Assembly (NCBI GenBank): GCA_048939015.1
Contig: JBHLPW010000091.1
Location: forward strand, 1-14,943
Direction of reading: 5' to 3'
Source of the DNA: Promethearchaeota archaeon
GTDB taxonomy: Archaea > Asgardarchaeota > Lokiarchaeia > Sigyniarchaeales > SOKP01
Length of the DNA: 14,943 bases
Below, piece after piece: positions 7,771 through 14,943 of this stretch. The position numbers and the translations under genes are program-made. Every line of letters begins with the position of its first letter. Within the stretch, counting starts at the first letter, position 1. The notes beneath the pieces were generated by a model. That model did no database searches, had not been told where the DNA came from, and saw only the letters and a list, made by a program, of their open reading frames with translations.

Positions 7771-9063
7771 TTAATTTTGGTTTTTCTTGTTATTTACCTT
7801 AATTAATTTTAAATGAGTTGGAAAGTCTCTTCTTCCAATTATTATTACTTTCTCATTATTTTCCTCTTGAAGCCAAAATTTTACGGTTTCATTTATAAAA
7901 AAGGTTTTATTATCTCTTGTAATTATTGGATGCCTTAAATTAGCTCTTTCTAAGTATGCTATATTGTCTATAATAACAATTTTGTATTGTTCAAATTGTC
8001 CTTCGTATTCTTTTATAATTTTCAAGTCAACTTCGATTGGATTGTACATTACTTTACAATACTCATATTCAAATTGTATCATCCTCTGAATTTCTTCCTC
8101 TTTGATATTTTGCGAAATAGTATCGAAAGCCAGCATGTGAGCTTTTTCTAACGCCTTCTCTTGGGCTATTTCGTAATCTGGAGACACTCCTTTACTCTCC
8201 CAATTATCCTTTGAGATTGGATTTGTAGGGGTTCCAGTCGGAAGCCAAAAAACGAATTTATTTAATATCGGAATCATTTCAACAGGATTTGCTGCTCCAC
8301 GCGTAGTTTCGCCTACTATTGTTGCTCTCCCCATGACTTTTAAAACATATACAAATTCCTCTGCTGCTGATGCTGTTCTTCGACTTGTTAAAATATAGAC
8401 AGGTCTATTTGGAAAGCGTCTTATTGGAATATAAGGAACTGTCCAGTTTTGAAAGATTCTATTTGATTTACGATTATAAGTACTTGTGAGCAATTGAGAG
8501 CTTGGTTCAATTAAATGACTAATTATCAGAGATACTAAAGATGGATATCCCCCTCCATTGTTTCTTATGTCGAAAATAAAAGCATAACTATTTGCTAAAA
8601 GTTGAAAAGCACCAATTATTTGGTCTCCTGCAAATTCTGCTGGAGGAAAATCATTTAATTTAATATAGCCAATATTTCCTGGTAATCTTTCAACTTTAGT
8701 AAGATGGAAATTCCTATATTGCTCTGATTTAAGATTATTCTTAATCTCTACATAATAATCTTCAAAATCATTAGTATTATTCTTTATTTCTTCAACTAAA
8801 GTTTGAGCCATTGATGGATCATATTCGAAGTAAAAGTGTTTATCATTGGAAACTTCCACCAAATCATTTGACACTACTCTTTCAAAATTAATTGGATCTT
8901 CTATTCCATAGTAAGAATCTTGTTCTAATTTATTTAATAAATATTGAGAGATTTTTTCTGCGATCTCAGGGAAAATGTAATATTGTTCTATTCTTTTACT
9001 CAATTCACTGATTATCTCTTTAATTTGATTATCATTTAATAAATCTATCTTCTGATTATTCAC
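7771..9063 (-). CDS. S41 family peptidase (IRBP-like type) with a C-terminal extension
   Basis: 430 aa, GTG start. Motifs are DKH (H76), GNIGYIKL, DIRNNGGG, TASAAE (S232), VGETTRG and WESKGVSPD. No signal peptide is visible. Confidence 0.92.
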   Translation of the reverse strand: MNNQKIDLLNDNQIKEIISELSKRIEQYYIFPEIAEKISQYLLNKLEQDSYYGIEDPINFERVVSNDLVEVSNDKHFYFEYDPSMAQTLVEEIKNNTNDFEDYYVEIKNNLKSEQYRNFHLTKVERLPGNIGYIKLNDFPPAEFAGDQIIGAFQLLANSYAFIFDIRNNGGGYPSLVSLIISHLIEPSSQLLTSTYNRKSNRIFQNWTVPYIPIRRFPNRPVYILTSRRTASAAEEFVYVLKVMGRATIVGETTRGAANPVEMIPILNKFVFWLPTGTPTNPISKDNWESKGVSPDYEIAQEKALEKAHMLAFDTISQNIKEEEIQRMIQFEYEYCKVMYNPIEVDLKIIKEYEGQFEQYKIVIIDNIAYLERANLRHPIITRDNKTFFINETVKFWLQEENNEKVIIIGRRDFPTHLKLIKVNNKKNQN

Positions 9064-9067
9064 AAAA

Positions 9068-9074
9068 TCACCTT
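9068..9074 (-). promoter_or_regulatory. Shine-Dalgarno AAGGTGA for the S41 peptidase gene
   Basis: The minus strand reads TAAGGTGATTTTGTG, placing the SD 4 nt before the GTG start. Confidence 0.6.
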
Positions 9075-9235
9075 ATTTCAAATTTTAACCTACTTTTAAT
9101 CTATAAAAAAATAATACAGAAAAGAACCTTATTATTTTCTTTTATGAATTCACTTTTATCTAAATTTTTATAAAAAATAGCATTAACTTTTTTTATATAT
9201 TCTTTCTAATTTAAGTATTAAAATTATATTGAACA

Positions 9236-10624
9236 GTGAATAAATTGAGTTTTAGAATTGAAAAAGATGTTTTAGGGGAGATGGAAGTTCCTAGTAATGT
9301 TTACTGGGGTATTAATACTCAAAGAGCAATTAAAAACTTTCAAATAAGTGGAAAAACGTTCCCTCAAATATTTATTAAATCATTAGCCCAGATAAAAAAA
9401 GCTTGTCTCCTTACAAATCTAGATTTAGAATTAATTGAAAAACAGAATGCTAATGCCCTTCTTCAAGCTGTTAATGAAATTATTGAAAAAGATAAACATC
9501 TTGATCAGTTTCCTATAGATATATTTCAAACGGGTTCTGGAACTCAAACAAACATGAATATGAATGAAGTATTAGCAAATCGCGCAAATGAAATATTAGG
9601 GCATCCAATGGGTAAGAAAAGTCCAGTACATCCGAATGATCATGTAAATAAAAGTCAATCTTCTAATGATGTTATCCCTAGCACGATGCATATTTCGGCA
9701 TTACATATGATCCAGAAATTATTACATGTATTGGAAAGATTAAAAGAAAAATTAGATAAGAAAATTAATGAATTTAAAGATATTATTAAAGTAGGAAGAA
9801 CACATCTGCAAGACGCAGTTCCGATCCCATTATCTTTAGAATTTGAGGTCTATAAAAAACAAATTGAAACTAATATCAAAAGATTAAAAGAAACATGTAG
9901 TGAATTATATTTCCTTCCCATAGGTGGTACTGTATTGGGAACCGGCTTGAATGCACATAATGATTTTGCTGAGCTTACGGTTTCTCATTTATCAAAAATT
10001 ACAAATTTACCCTTTAAAATTAATCCAGTAAAAGCAGAAGGAATTTCTTCACACAACACTATAGTAAAAGCTAGTGGAAATTTACGCTTACTAGCTTTAT
10101 CGTTATTAAAGATAGCTAATGACATACGTTGGATGGGGAGTGGACCACGCGCAGGATTGGCAGAGTTAAGGTTACCGGAGAACGAACCTGGTTCTTCAAT
10201 AATGCCCGGCAAAATAAATCCAACTCAATCAGAAGCATTAATACAAGTATGCCTTCAAGTTATTGGGAATGATTCTGTAGTAACATTTGGAGAAGCATAT
10301 GGCAGCATTTTGGATTTGAATGTATGTAAACCAATCATGATTGTGAACTTACTTGAATCAATCGAGATATTAATTGGAGGGATCAATTCTTTTATAGATA
10401 ATTGTTTAATAAATTTGGAAGCAAACAATGAACATATAAACAAACAATTAGAACAGATGCTAATGCTTGTTACAAATCTAACTCCTATTATTGGATACGA
10501 TAATTGCTCTGAGATAGCACAACGAGCGTATAAAGAAGGAAAGAGTATCAAAGATGTTATAAAAGAAATGGATCTAAAAATTAAAAATCTCGATGATCTA
10601 TTAGATCCTAAAAAAATGGTTTAA
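9236..10624 (+). CDS. fumC: Fumarate hydratase class II
   Basis: 462 aa, GTG start. Motifs are QTGSGTQTNMN, HPNDHVNKSQSSND, GRTHLQDA and the signature GSSIMPGKINPTQSE. TGSGT/SSND/PTQ favour FumC over AspA, which has GGAGT/STND/PV. Confidence 0.93.
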   Translation: MNKLSFRIEKDVLGEMEVPSNVYWGINTQRAIKNFQISGKTFPQIFIKSLAQIKKACLLTNLDLELIEKQNANALLQAVNEIIEKDKHLDQFPIDIFQTGSGTQTNMNMNEVLANRANEILGHPMGKKSPVHPNDHVNKSQSSNDVIPSTMHISALHMIQKLLHVLERLKEKLDKKINEFKDIIKVGRTHLQDAVPIPLSLEFEVYKKQIETNIKRLKETCSELYFLPIGGTVLGTGLNAHNDFAELTVSHLSKITNLPFKINPVKAEGISSHNTIVKASGNLRLLALSLLKIANDIRWMGSGPRAGLAELRLPENEPGSSIMPGKINPTQSEALIQVCLQVIGNDSVVTFGEAYGSILDLNVCKPIMIVNLLESIEILIGGINSFIDNCLINLEANNEHINKQLEQMLMLVTNLTPIIGYDNCSEIAQRAYKEGKSIKDVIKEMDLKIKNLDDLLDPKKMV

Positions 10625-10780
10625 TTGATTAGGGAAGCTTAGCAAAATTGTAAATATGTGACAATCCTTTACAAAAGTAAATCATTCTTTTTAGAGAAAA
10701 TGACAAAAATTATAAATTTAAAATTAGGCTAAATATCAAATATCTAAAATGATGATCAATAAAATTAAGGAATATGTATT

Positions 10781-11665
10781 ATGCCGAAAGCAAGTGTAAA
10801 TAATATAGAAATTGAGTATGAAACAATTGGAGATCCTGCTTCAAAACCATTATTATTGATAGCAGGGTTGGGTGGTCAGTTGTTAGCTTGGTCGGATGAG
10901 TTATGTGATAAATTTGCCGAAAATGGCTTTTTTGTCATTAGATTTGACAATCGAGATGTAGGTCTGTCGACAAAATTTGAAGAAGCGGGTATACCCGACA
11001 TGACGGAGATTGCTGCTGCATATACTCGTGGAGAAATGCCCAAACTTCCATATACTTTAGAGGACATGGCTGATGATGCTATTGCAGTCTTAGACGCTCT
11101 AAACATAGAAAAGGCACACATTTGCGGTGCTTCCATGGGTGGAATTATTGCTCAAATTATAAGTTACCGACATCCTTCTCGAGTACAGACTCTTACAATA
11201 ATTATAAGCACAACTGGGAATCCTACATTACCGCCCGCAAAACCAGAGATCATGGCTCAATTTTTTGCACCCGTTCCATCTGAACGCGAAGCATATATAG
11301 AAGAACTGGTCAAACGCGATAGCCTTCTTTATGGTAATTTTGAATACGATGAAGAATATCATAGAGAATATAGAGCGAAAGAATATGATAGATGTTATTA
11401 TCCTGAAGGAATAGCACGTCAAATGACAGCGATGGCTGTACCTGGCAATATTCAACCTTATATCTCAGCAATAAAAGCTCCAACTCTTGTAATTCATGGA
11501 ACAGAAGACCCATTTAATGCTATCGAGGCGGGTAAAGAAATAACGGCTACTATACCTGGAGCAGAATTATTGCTTGTTGATGGAATGAGCCATAGCTTTC
11601 CTCGTGAAGTCATCCCACGTATTGTTGAGGCAATAGTTGCGAATAGCAACAAAAAAAGTAATTGA
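10781..11665 (+). CDS. Alpha/beta-fold hydrolase (esterase; RdmC/LipG-like group)
   Basis: 294 aa with RFDNRDVGLST, the nucleophile elbow GASMGG, the acid in HGTEDP and the His in GMSH. Confidence 0.93.
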   Translation: MPKASVNNIEIEYETIGDPASKPLLLIAGLGGQLLAWSDELCDKFAENGFFVIRFDNRDVGLSTKFEEAGIPDMTEIAAAYTRGEMPKLPYTLEDMADDAIAVLDALNIEKAHICGASMGGIIAQIISYRHPSRVQTLTIIISTTGNPTLPPAKPEIMAQFFAPVPSEREAYIEELVKRDSLLYGNFEYDEEYHREYRAKEYDRCYYPEGIARQMTAMAVPGNIQPYISAIKAPTLVIHGTEDPFNAIEAGKEITATIPGAELLLVDGMSHSFPREVIPRIVEAIVANSNKKSN

Positions 11666-11770
11666 AAATTTCTACCCTAATTTTGTTAAAAGAATAACAA
11701 TTCTTATATGCTAATAGGTTTTAATATCAAATTAACTAATTAATACAATATTTATCAAAGTTGCGTATAT

Positions 11771-13753
11771 ATGAAAGATCTCTTAGAATTTATTGATGAA
11801 GTTCTTAATGAGGTTAGTGGAAAACAGGCTTTTGATTGGGTATCGAAGATTTCTCAATATAATCGCGTAGTAGGCTCTCAAGATTTTCATAATATCGTAG
11901 AAAAAGTAATTAAAGAATTGAAATCATATGGATTGGATGAAATAAAGCTCCACAAATATCCCGCCGATGGAAAATCTAAAACATGGGAATGGATAACTAC
12001 TCAAAGTTGGGAAATTACTTCTGGTGAATTAAGCATAATAGAACCAAAAAAAGAAATTGTATGTCGCTTTCAAAATATACCAATGTGTATTGTGGGTCGA
12101 TCAAAAGGTTGTGACATTAATGCTGAATTAATTGATGTTGGTAAAGGTGTTTCTGAAGCAGACTTTGAAGGATTAAACGTCAAAGATAAAATTGTTTTAA
12201 TGGAAGCTCCAAGAATTATTATTCCTACATTATATGCTGAAAAAGGTGCTTTAGGTGTCATAGTTTACCCCGATTCTAAAAGAGCTGCTGGTTTTAAGGG
12301 TATGACAGTATATAATAGATTTCCTGCAATAGCTGAAGATTTAGAAAAAACTACTTTTGGATTTAGTATTCCTTTTGAACAAGCTTTATACTTAAAGGAG
12401 TTATTAAATAATGTACCTGTTATACTACATGCTAAAATTGATGCCAAAGTCTATGATGGGAAATTAGAAGTCATTTCAGCTACTATTAAAGGAACAGAAA
12501 AACCTGATGAAGAGATAATTCTCACAGCACATATATGTCACCCTGCTGCGGGTGTAAATGATAATGCAAGCGGCTCTGCAGGTTTGTTAGAATTGGCACG
12601 TACACTTACAGCGTTAATAAACAACAATATATTGCAGCCTCCTAGACGTACAATTAGATTTCTTTGGGTTCCAGAGTTCCATGGAACATTTCCATGGGTT
12701 AAAGAACACGAACAAATTGTTAAGAATTCACTTTTTAATATTAATTTAGATATGATAGGGGAACACCCTTTAACTGTGGGAAATCCTTGTAATATTTGTC
12801 TCGGACCTTATTCAAGACCCTCCATCCTAAATGATATTATTCAATATTTTGCAAAAATAATAGCAGATCACCCAAAGGGAGTAGCTATAAATGGTACTCA
12901 AATGCAAATGCGATACAGGGTAGTTCCCTATTCAGGTGGGAGTGATCATGGAGTATTCGTTGCACAACCTATTGGTATTCCAGGTATTATGATCGGACAT
13001 GAAGATCCATTTTGGCATAGTTCCCTTGATACAATAGATAAATGTGATTCTACAGAACTAAAGCGTGTAATTTCTATTGCTTTGTGTACTACTTATATTT
13101 TTGCGCTATTAAACAAAAAAAGCTTAATAAATATTTGGCCAATTATAGAAAATAATTATTATAAGCGTCTTGGAAAAGCAAAAGAATTAATCGTTGCTCT
13201 AAATAACAAATTGAATCAAGAAACCACAAGTGGTTTGATATCAAATGATGAAATTGTTTTATTGGGAAATTCATTAATAGAAAAATTTACTACTTATGAG
13301 AGATCTTTATTGGATTCAATAAAACGATTTGATACTTTATCACCATTGCTTGAAGAATTACTATTTGAAAAAGATGGAGAATTAGAAGAATTAAGTCTTA
13401 ATCTTCAATCCTATTGGAATAAATTATGTAAACATAAATCAATCGATATTAATCTCATTGAAAAATCAGAACATCTCAATCAGAGATGGACTTTGAATTT
13501 TGTTGGGCGTAGGAATTTGAAATATTATATACCAATCCTCTTATCAAACGAATATAAGAAGTTCAAAGTTCCAGAACCACCTGATGTATGGGGAGGAGAT
13601 ACTCAAGAATTAATAAATTTCATAGGATTACATTTTAGTCTTATTGAGATTTGTGCTATTTTAACTTTAGAATTCCAGCATTTATTCTTCCCACATAATG
13701 TTTTTAATCTTATCGAATTATTAGAAGAAAAGGGATTTATTAAAAAAGCTTAA
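11771..13753 (+). CDS. DUF4910 / M28-like zinc metallopeptidase-fold protein with a PA insert and a C-terminal helical/wHTH-like extension
   Basis: 660 aa. Motifs are AHICHP..GVNDNASG, RTIRFLWVPE, NLDMIG, GGSDH and WHSSLD. A PA-like insert covers ELIDVGKG..DF...VKDKIVL...KGALGVIVY. Confidence 0.87.
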   Translation: MKDLLEFIDEVLNEVSGKQAFDWVSKISQYNRVVGSQDFHNIVEKVIKELKSYGLDEIKLHKYPADGKSKTWEWITTQSWEITSGELSIIEPKKEIVCRFQNIPMCIVGRSKGCDINAELIDVGKGVSEADFEGLNVKDKIVLMEAPRIIIPTLYAEKGALGVIVYPDSKRAAGFKGMTVYNRFPAIAEDLEKTTFGFSIPFEQALYLKELLNNVPVILHAKIDAKVYDGKLEVISATIKGTEKPDEEIILTAHICHPAAGVNDNASGSAGLLELARTLTALINNNILQPPRRTIRFLWVPEFHGTFPWVKEHEQIVKNSLFNINLDMIGEHPLTVGNPCNICLGPYSRPSILNDIIQYFAKIIADHPKGVAINGTQMQMRYRVVPYSGGSDHGVFVAQPIGIPGIMIGHEDPFWHSSLDTIDKCDSTELKRVISIALCTTYIFALLNKKSLINIWPIIENNYYKRLGKAKELIVALNNKLNQETTSGLISNDEIVLLGNSLIEKFTTYERSLLDSIKRFDTLSPLLEELLFEKDGELEELSLNLQSYWNKLCKHKSIDINLIEKSEHLNQRWTLNFVGRRNLKYYIPILLSNEYKKFKVPEPPDVWGGDTQELINFIGLHFSLIEICAILTLEFQHLFFPHNVFNLIELLEEKGFIKKA

Positions 13754-13848
13754 TATTAAATTCTTATCAAACTAACATATTTATGCTTAGCAAAATATAA
13801 ACTTCATTCTAATTATGTTTTTTTGGTTAAAAATAAAATAAAAAGAAT

Positions 13849-14850
13849 TTATAAATTTTTCAATCTTGGGTCGAGAGCATCTCTCAATCCATCTCCTACT
13901 AACATGAATCCTAATACAGTGATCACGATCATTAACCCTGGATAGATTGAGGCCCATGGTGATGAATATAACATATCTCTCGCGTTATTAATATCCATAC
14001 CCCATTCTATAAATGTTGGATCACTAAAACCGAGAAATGCGAGACCTGCGAGTCCTAATATAAAGCCTCCAATCGCAAACGTAACATTAATAATAACAGG
14101 TTGGATCACATTAGGGAGGATATGCCTGAACATTATCCTTAAATTTCCTGATCCTGCAACTTTTGCCGCTTGTACGTAGGGCAATTCTTTTGCTTGTAAC
14201 ACATTGCCTCTAATTAATCTCGAATAAAATGGAATTCCCAGAAATCCGTATATCATCATTATAATCTCAATCTCTCTTCCAAATACCCCCACAAACACTA
14301 AAGCAAGGATTAGTCCTGGAAACGCAAGAAAGACATCTGCGATTCTCATGATTACTGAATCAACCCAACCTCCATAGTAGGCGGCAATTACTCCGAAAAA
14401 TACACCTCCAATAACACTTAGACTAATAGCCGGCAAAGATACGGTCAAAGAGGATCGTGCACCAAATAGCAATCTTGTGTACACATCGCGTCCTAATTGA
14501 GTAGTTCCCATTATATGTGCAGGGGAAGGGGCTGCAAATGGGTTAGTATACAAACCCATTGCTTCCTCAAACGTATAAGGAGCAATCCAATGGGGGAATA
14601 CCGCAATTGTAATTAAACCTAGTATAATAACCAACCCAAATAGTGTTAATACGGACTTTAGTTTTCGTATGAATCTCCGCTGACTTTTAGTTTTTTCATA
14701 CTCTTGTTCTTTTAACATCAATTCTTCATAGGTTGACGTAGGAACGGCTATAAATTTAAGGTTTTTTACCAACCATTTTAAAACCGTTAGTAGAACACTC
14801 TCTTCTTCAATCTCTTCTTCTTCAATTTCAATTAAATATTTCTGTTCCAT
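13849..14850 (-). CDS. dppC: Peptide/nickel ABC transporter permease, DppC/OppC family
   Basis: 333 aa with PSPAHIMGTTQLGRDVYTRLLFGARSSL, the EAA loop (YVQAAKVAG...IMFRHILPN) and a C-terminal GDGLRDALDPR. Confidence 0.93.
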   Translation of the reverse strand: MEQKYLIEIEEEEIEEESVLLTVLKWLVKNLKFIAVPTSTYEELMLKEQEYEKTKSQRRFIRKLKSVLTLFGLVIILGLITIAVFPHWIAPYTFEEAMGLYTNPFAAPSPAHIMGTTQLGRDVYTRLLFGARSSLTVSLPAISLSVIGGVFFGVIAAYYGGWVDSVIMRIADVFLAFPGLILALVFVGVFGREIEIIMMIYGFLGIPFYSRLIRGNVLQAKELPYVQAAKVAGSGNLRIMFRHILPNVIQPVIINVTFAIGGFILGLAGLAFLGFSDPTFIEWGMDINNARDMLYSSPWASIYPGLMIVITVLGFMLVGDGLRDALDPRLKNL

Positions 14851-14889
14851 ATTTTTTCACATCTCTATTTTTTTGTTATGTATTGAATT

Positions 14890-14943
14890 TTAATATCTAA
14901 TTCGTGGATCTAAAATACCATACATTAGATCAGTTATCAACGT
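14890..14943 (-). CDS. dppB: 3' end of a peptide ABC transporter permease, DppB/OppB family (partial, runs off the window)
   Basis: Not in the ORF track. Manual translation gives ...TLITDLMYGILDPRIRY*, the canonical DppB/OppB C-terminus, ending 39 nt upstream of dppC. Confidence 0.88.
   Translation of the reverse strand, partial: TLITDLMYGILDPRIRY

Noticed and set aside
10301-10333. FumC has ILDLNV instead of the usual FELNV (and GGTVLGTG for GGTAVGTG)
   Set aside because: The changes are conservative. The catalytic His (GRTH) and the signature-loop Ser, Lys, Asn and Glu are intact, so there is no basis for claiming altered function.
9985-10551. Two minus-strand ORFs (75 and 98 aa)
   Set aside because: Both are antisense shadows of the conserved fumC.
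10648-10674. Inverted repeat TTGTAAA-N13-TTTACAA after fumC
   Set aside because: The arms are almost all A/T with a long spacer. It could be an operator or terminator but cannot be distinguished from background.
10876-11513. Three short minus-strand ORFs
   Set aside because: All are antisense to the alpha/beta hydrolase, with no independent coding evidence.
12070-12447. Two short minus-strand ORFs
   Set aside because: Both are antisense to the DUF4910/M28-like gene.
10637-13796. The 12-mer GCTTAGCAAAAT occurs downstream of both fumC (10637-10648) and the M28-like gene (13785-13796)
   Set aside because: Two copies of an AT-rich 12-mer are compatible with chance, and the similarity does not extend into the flanks.
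1-14943. CRISPR arrays, tRNA/rRNA genes, IS elements, integrases
   Set aside because: I saw no regularly spaced repeats, no GC-rich structured RNA-like segments in the intergenic gaps, and no transposase or recombinase ORFs.

Overview
AT-rich (roughly 30% GC by eye), gene-dense metabolic and transport region. It is most likely archaeal and resembles Asgard/Lokiarchaeia. That assignment is an inference from GGTGA-type Shine-Dalgarno sites, BRE/TATA-like promoters, paralogous GPH transporters ending in 'KLxELxL', and a DppC with a long acidic N-terminus. The left half is a divergent five-gene module: [MFS_2/GPH transporter <- enolase-superfamily enzyme] <> [MFS_2/GPH transporter -> UroD/MtaA-family Zn enzyme -> MFS_1 transporter]. 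A perfect palindrome lies in the shared promoter region. The right half holds a PHP metallohydrolase, an S41 peptidase, fumC, an alpha/beta hydrolase, a DUF4910/M28-like protein, and the end of a dppB-dppC ABC permease operon. No RNA genes, CRISPR arrays or mobile elements were seen. The best candidate for an undescribed system is the divergent module. Its enolase-superfamily member has a non-canonical active site and is paired with a methyltransferase-like Zn enzyme that has no corrinoid partner in the window, which suggests uptake and catabolism of an unknown, possibly methylated, carboxylate.
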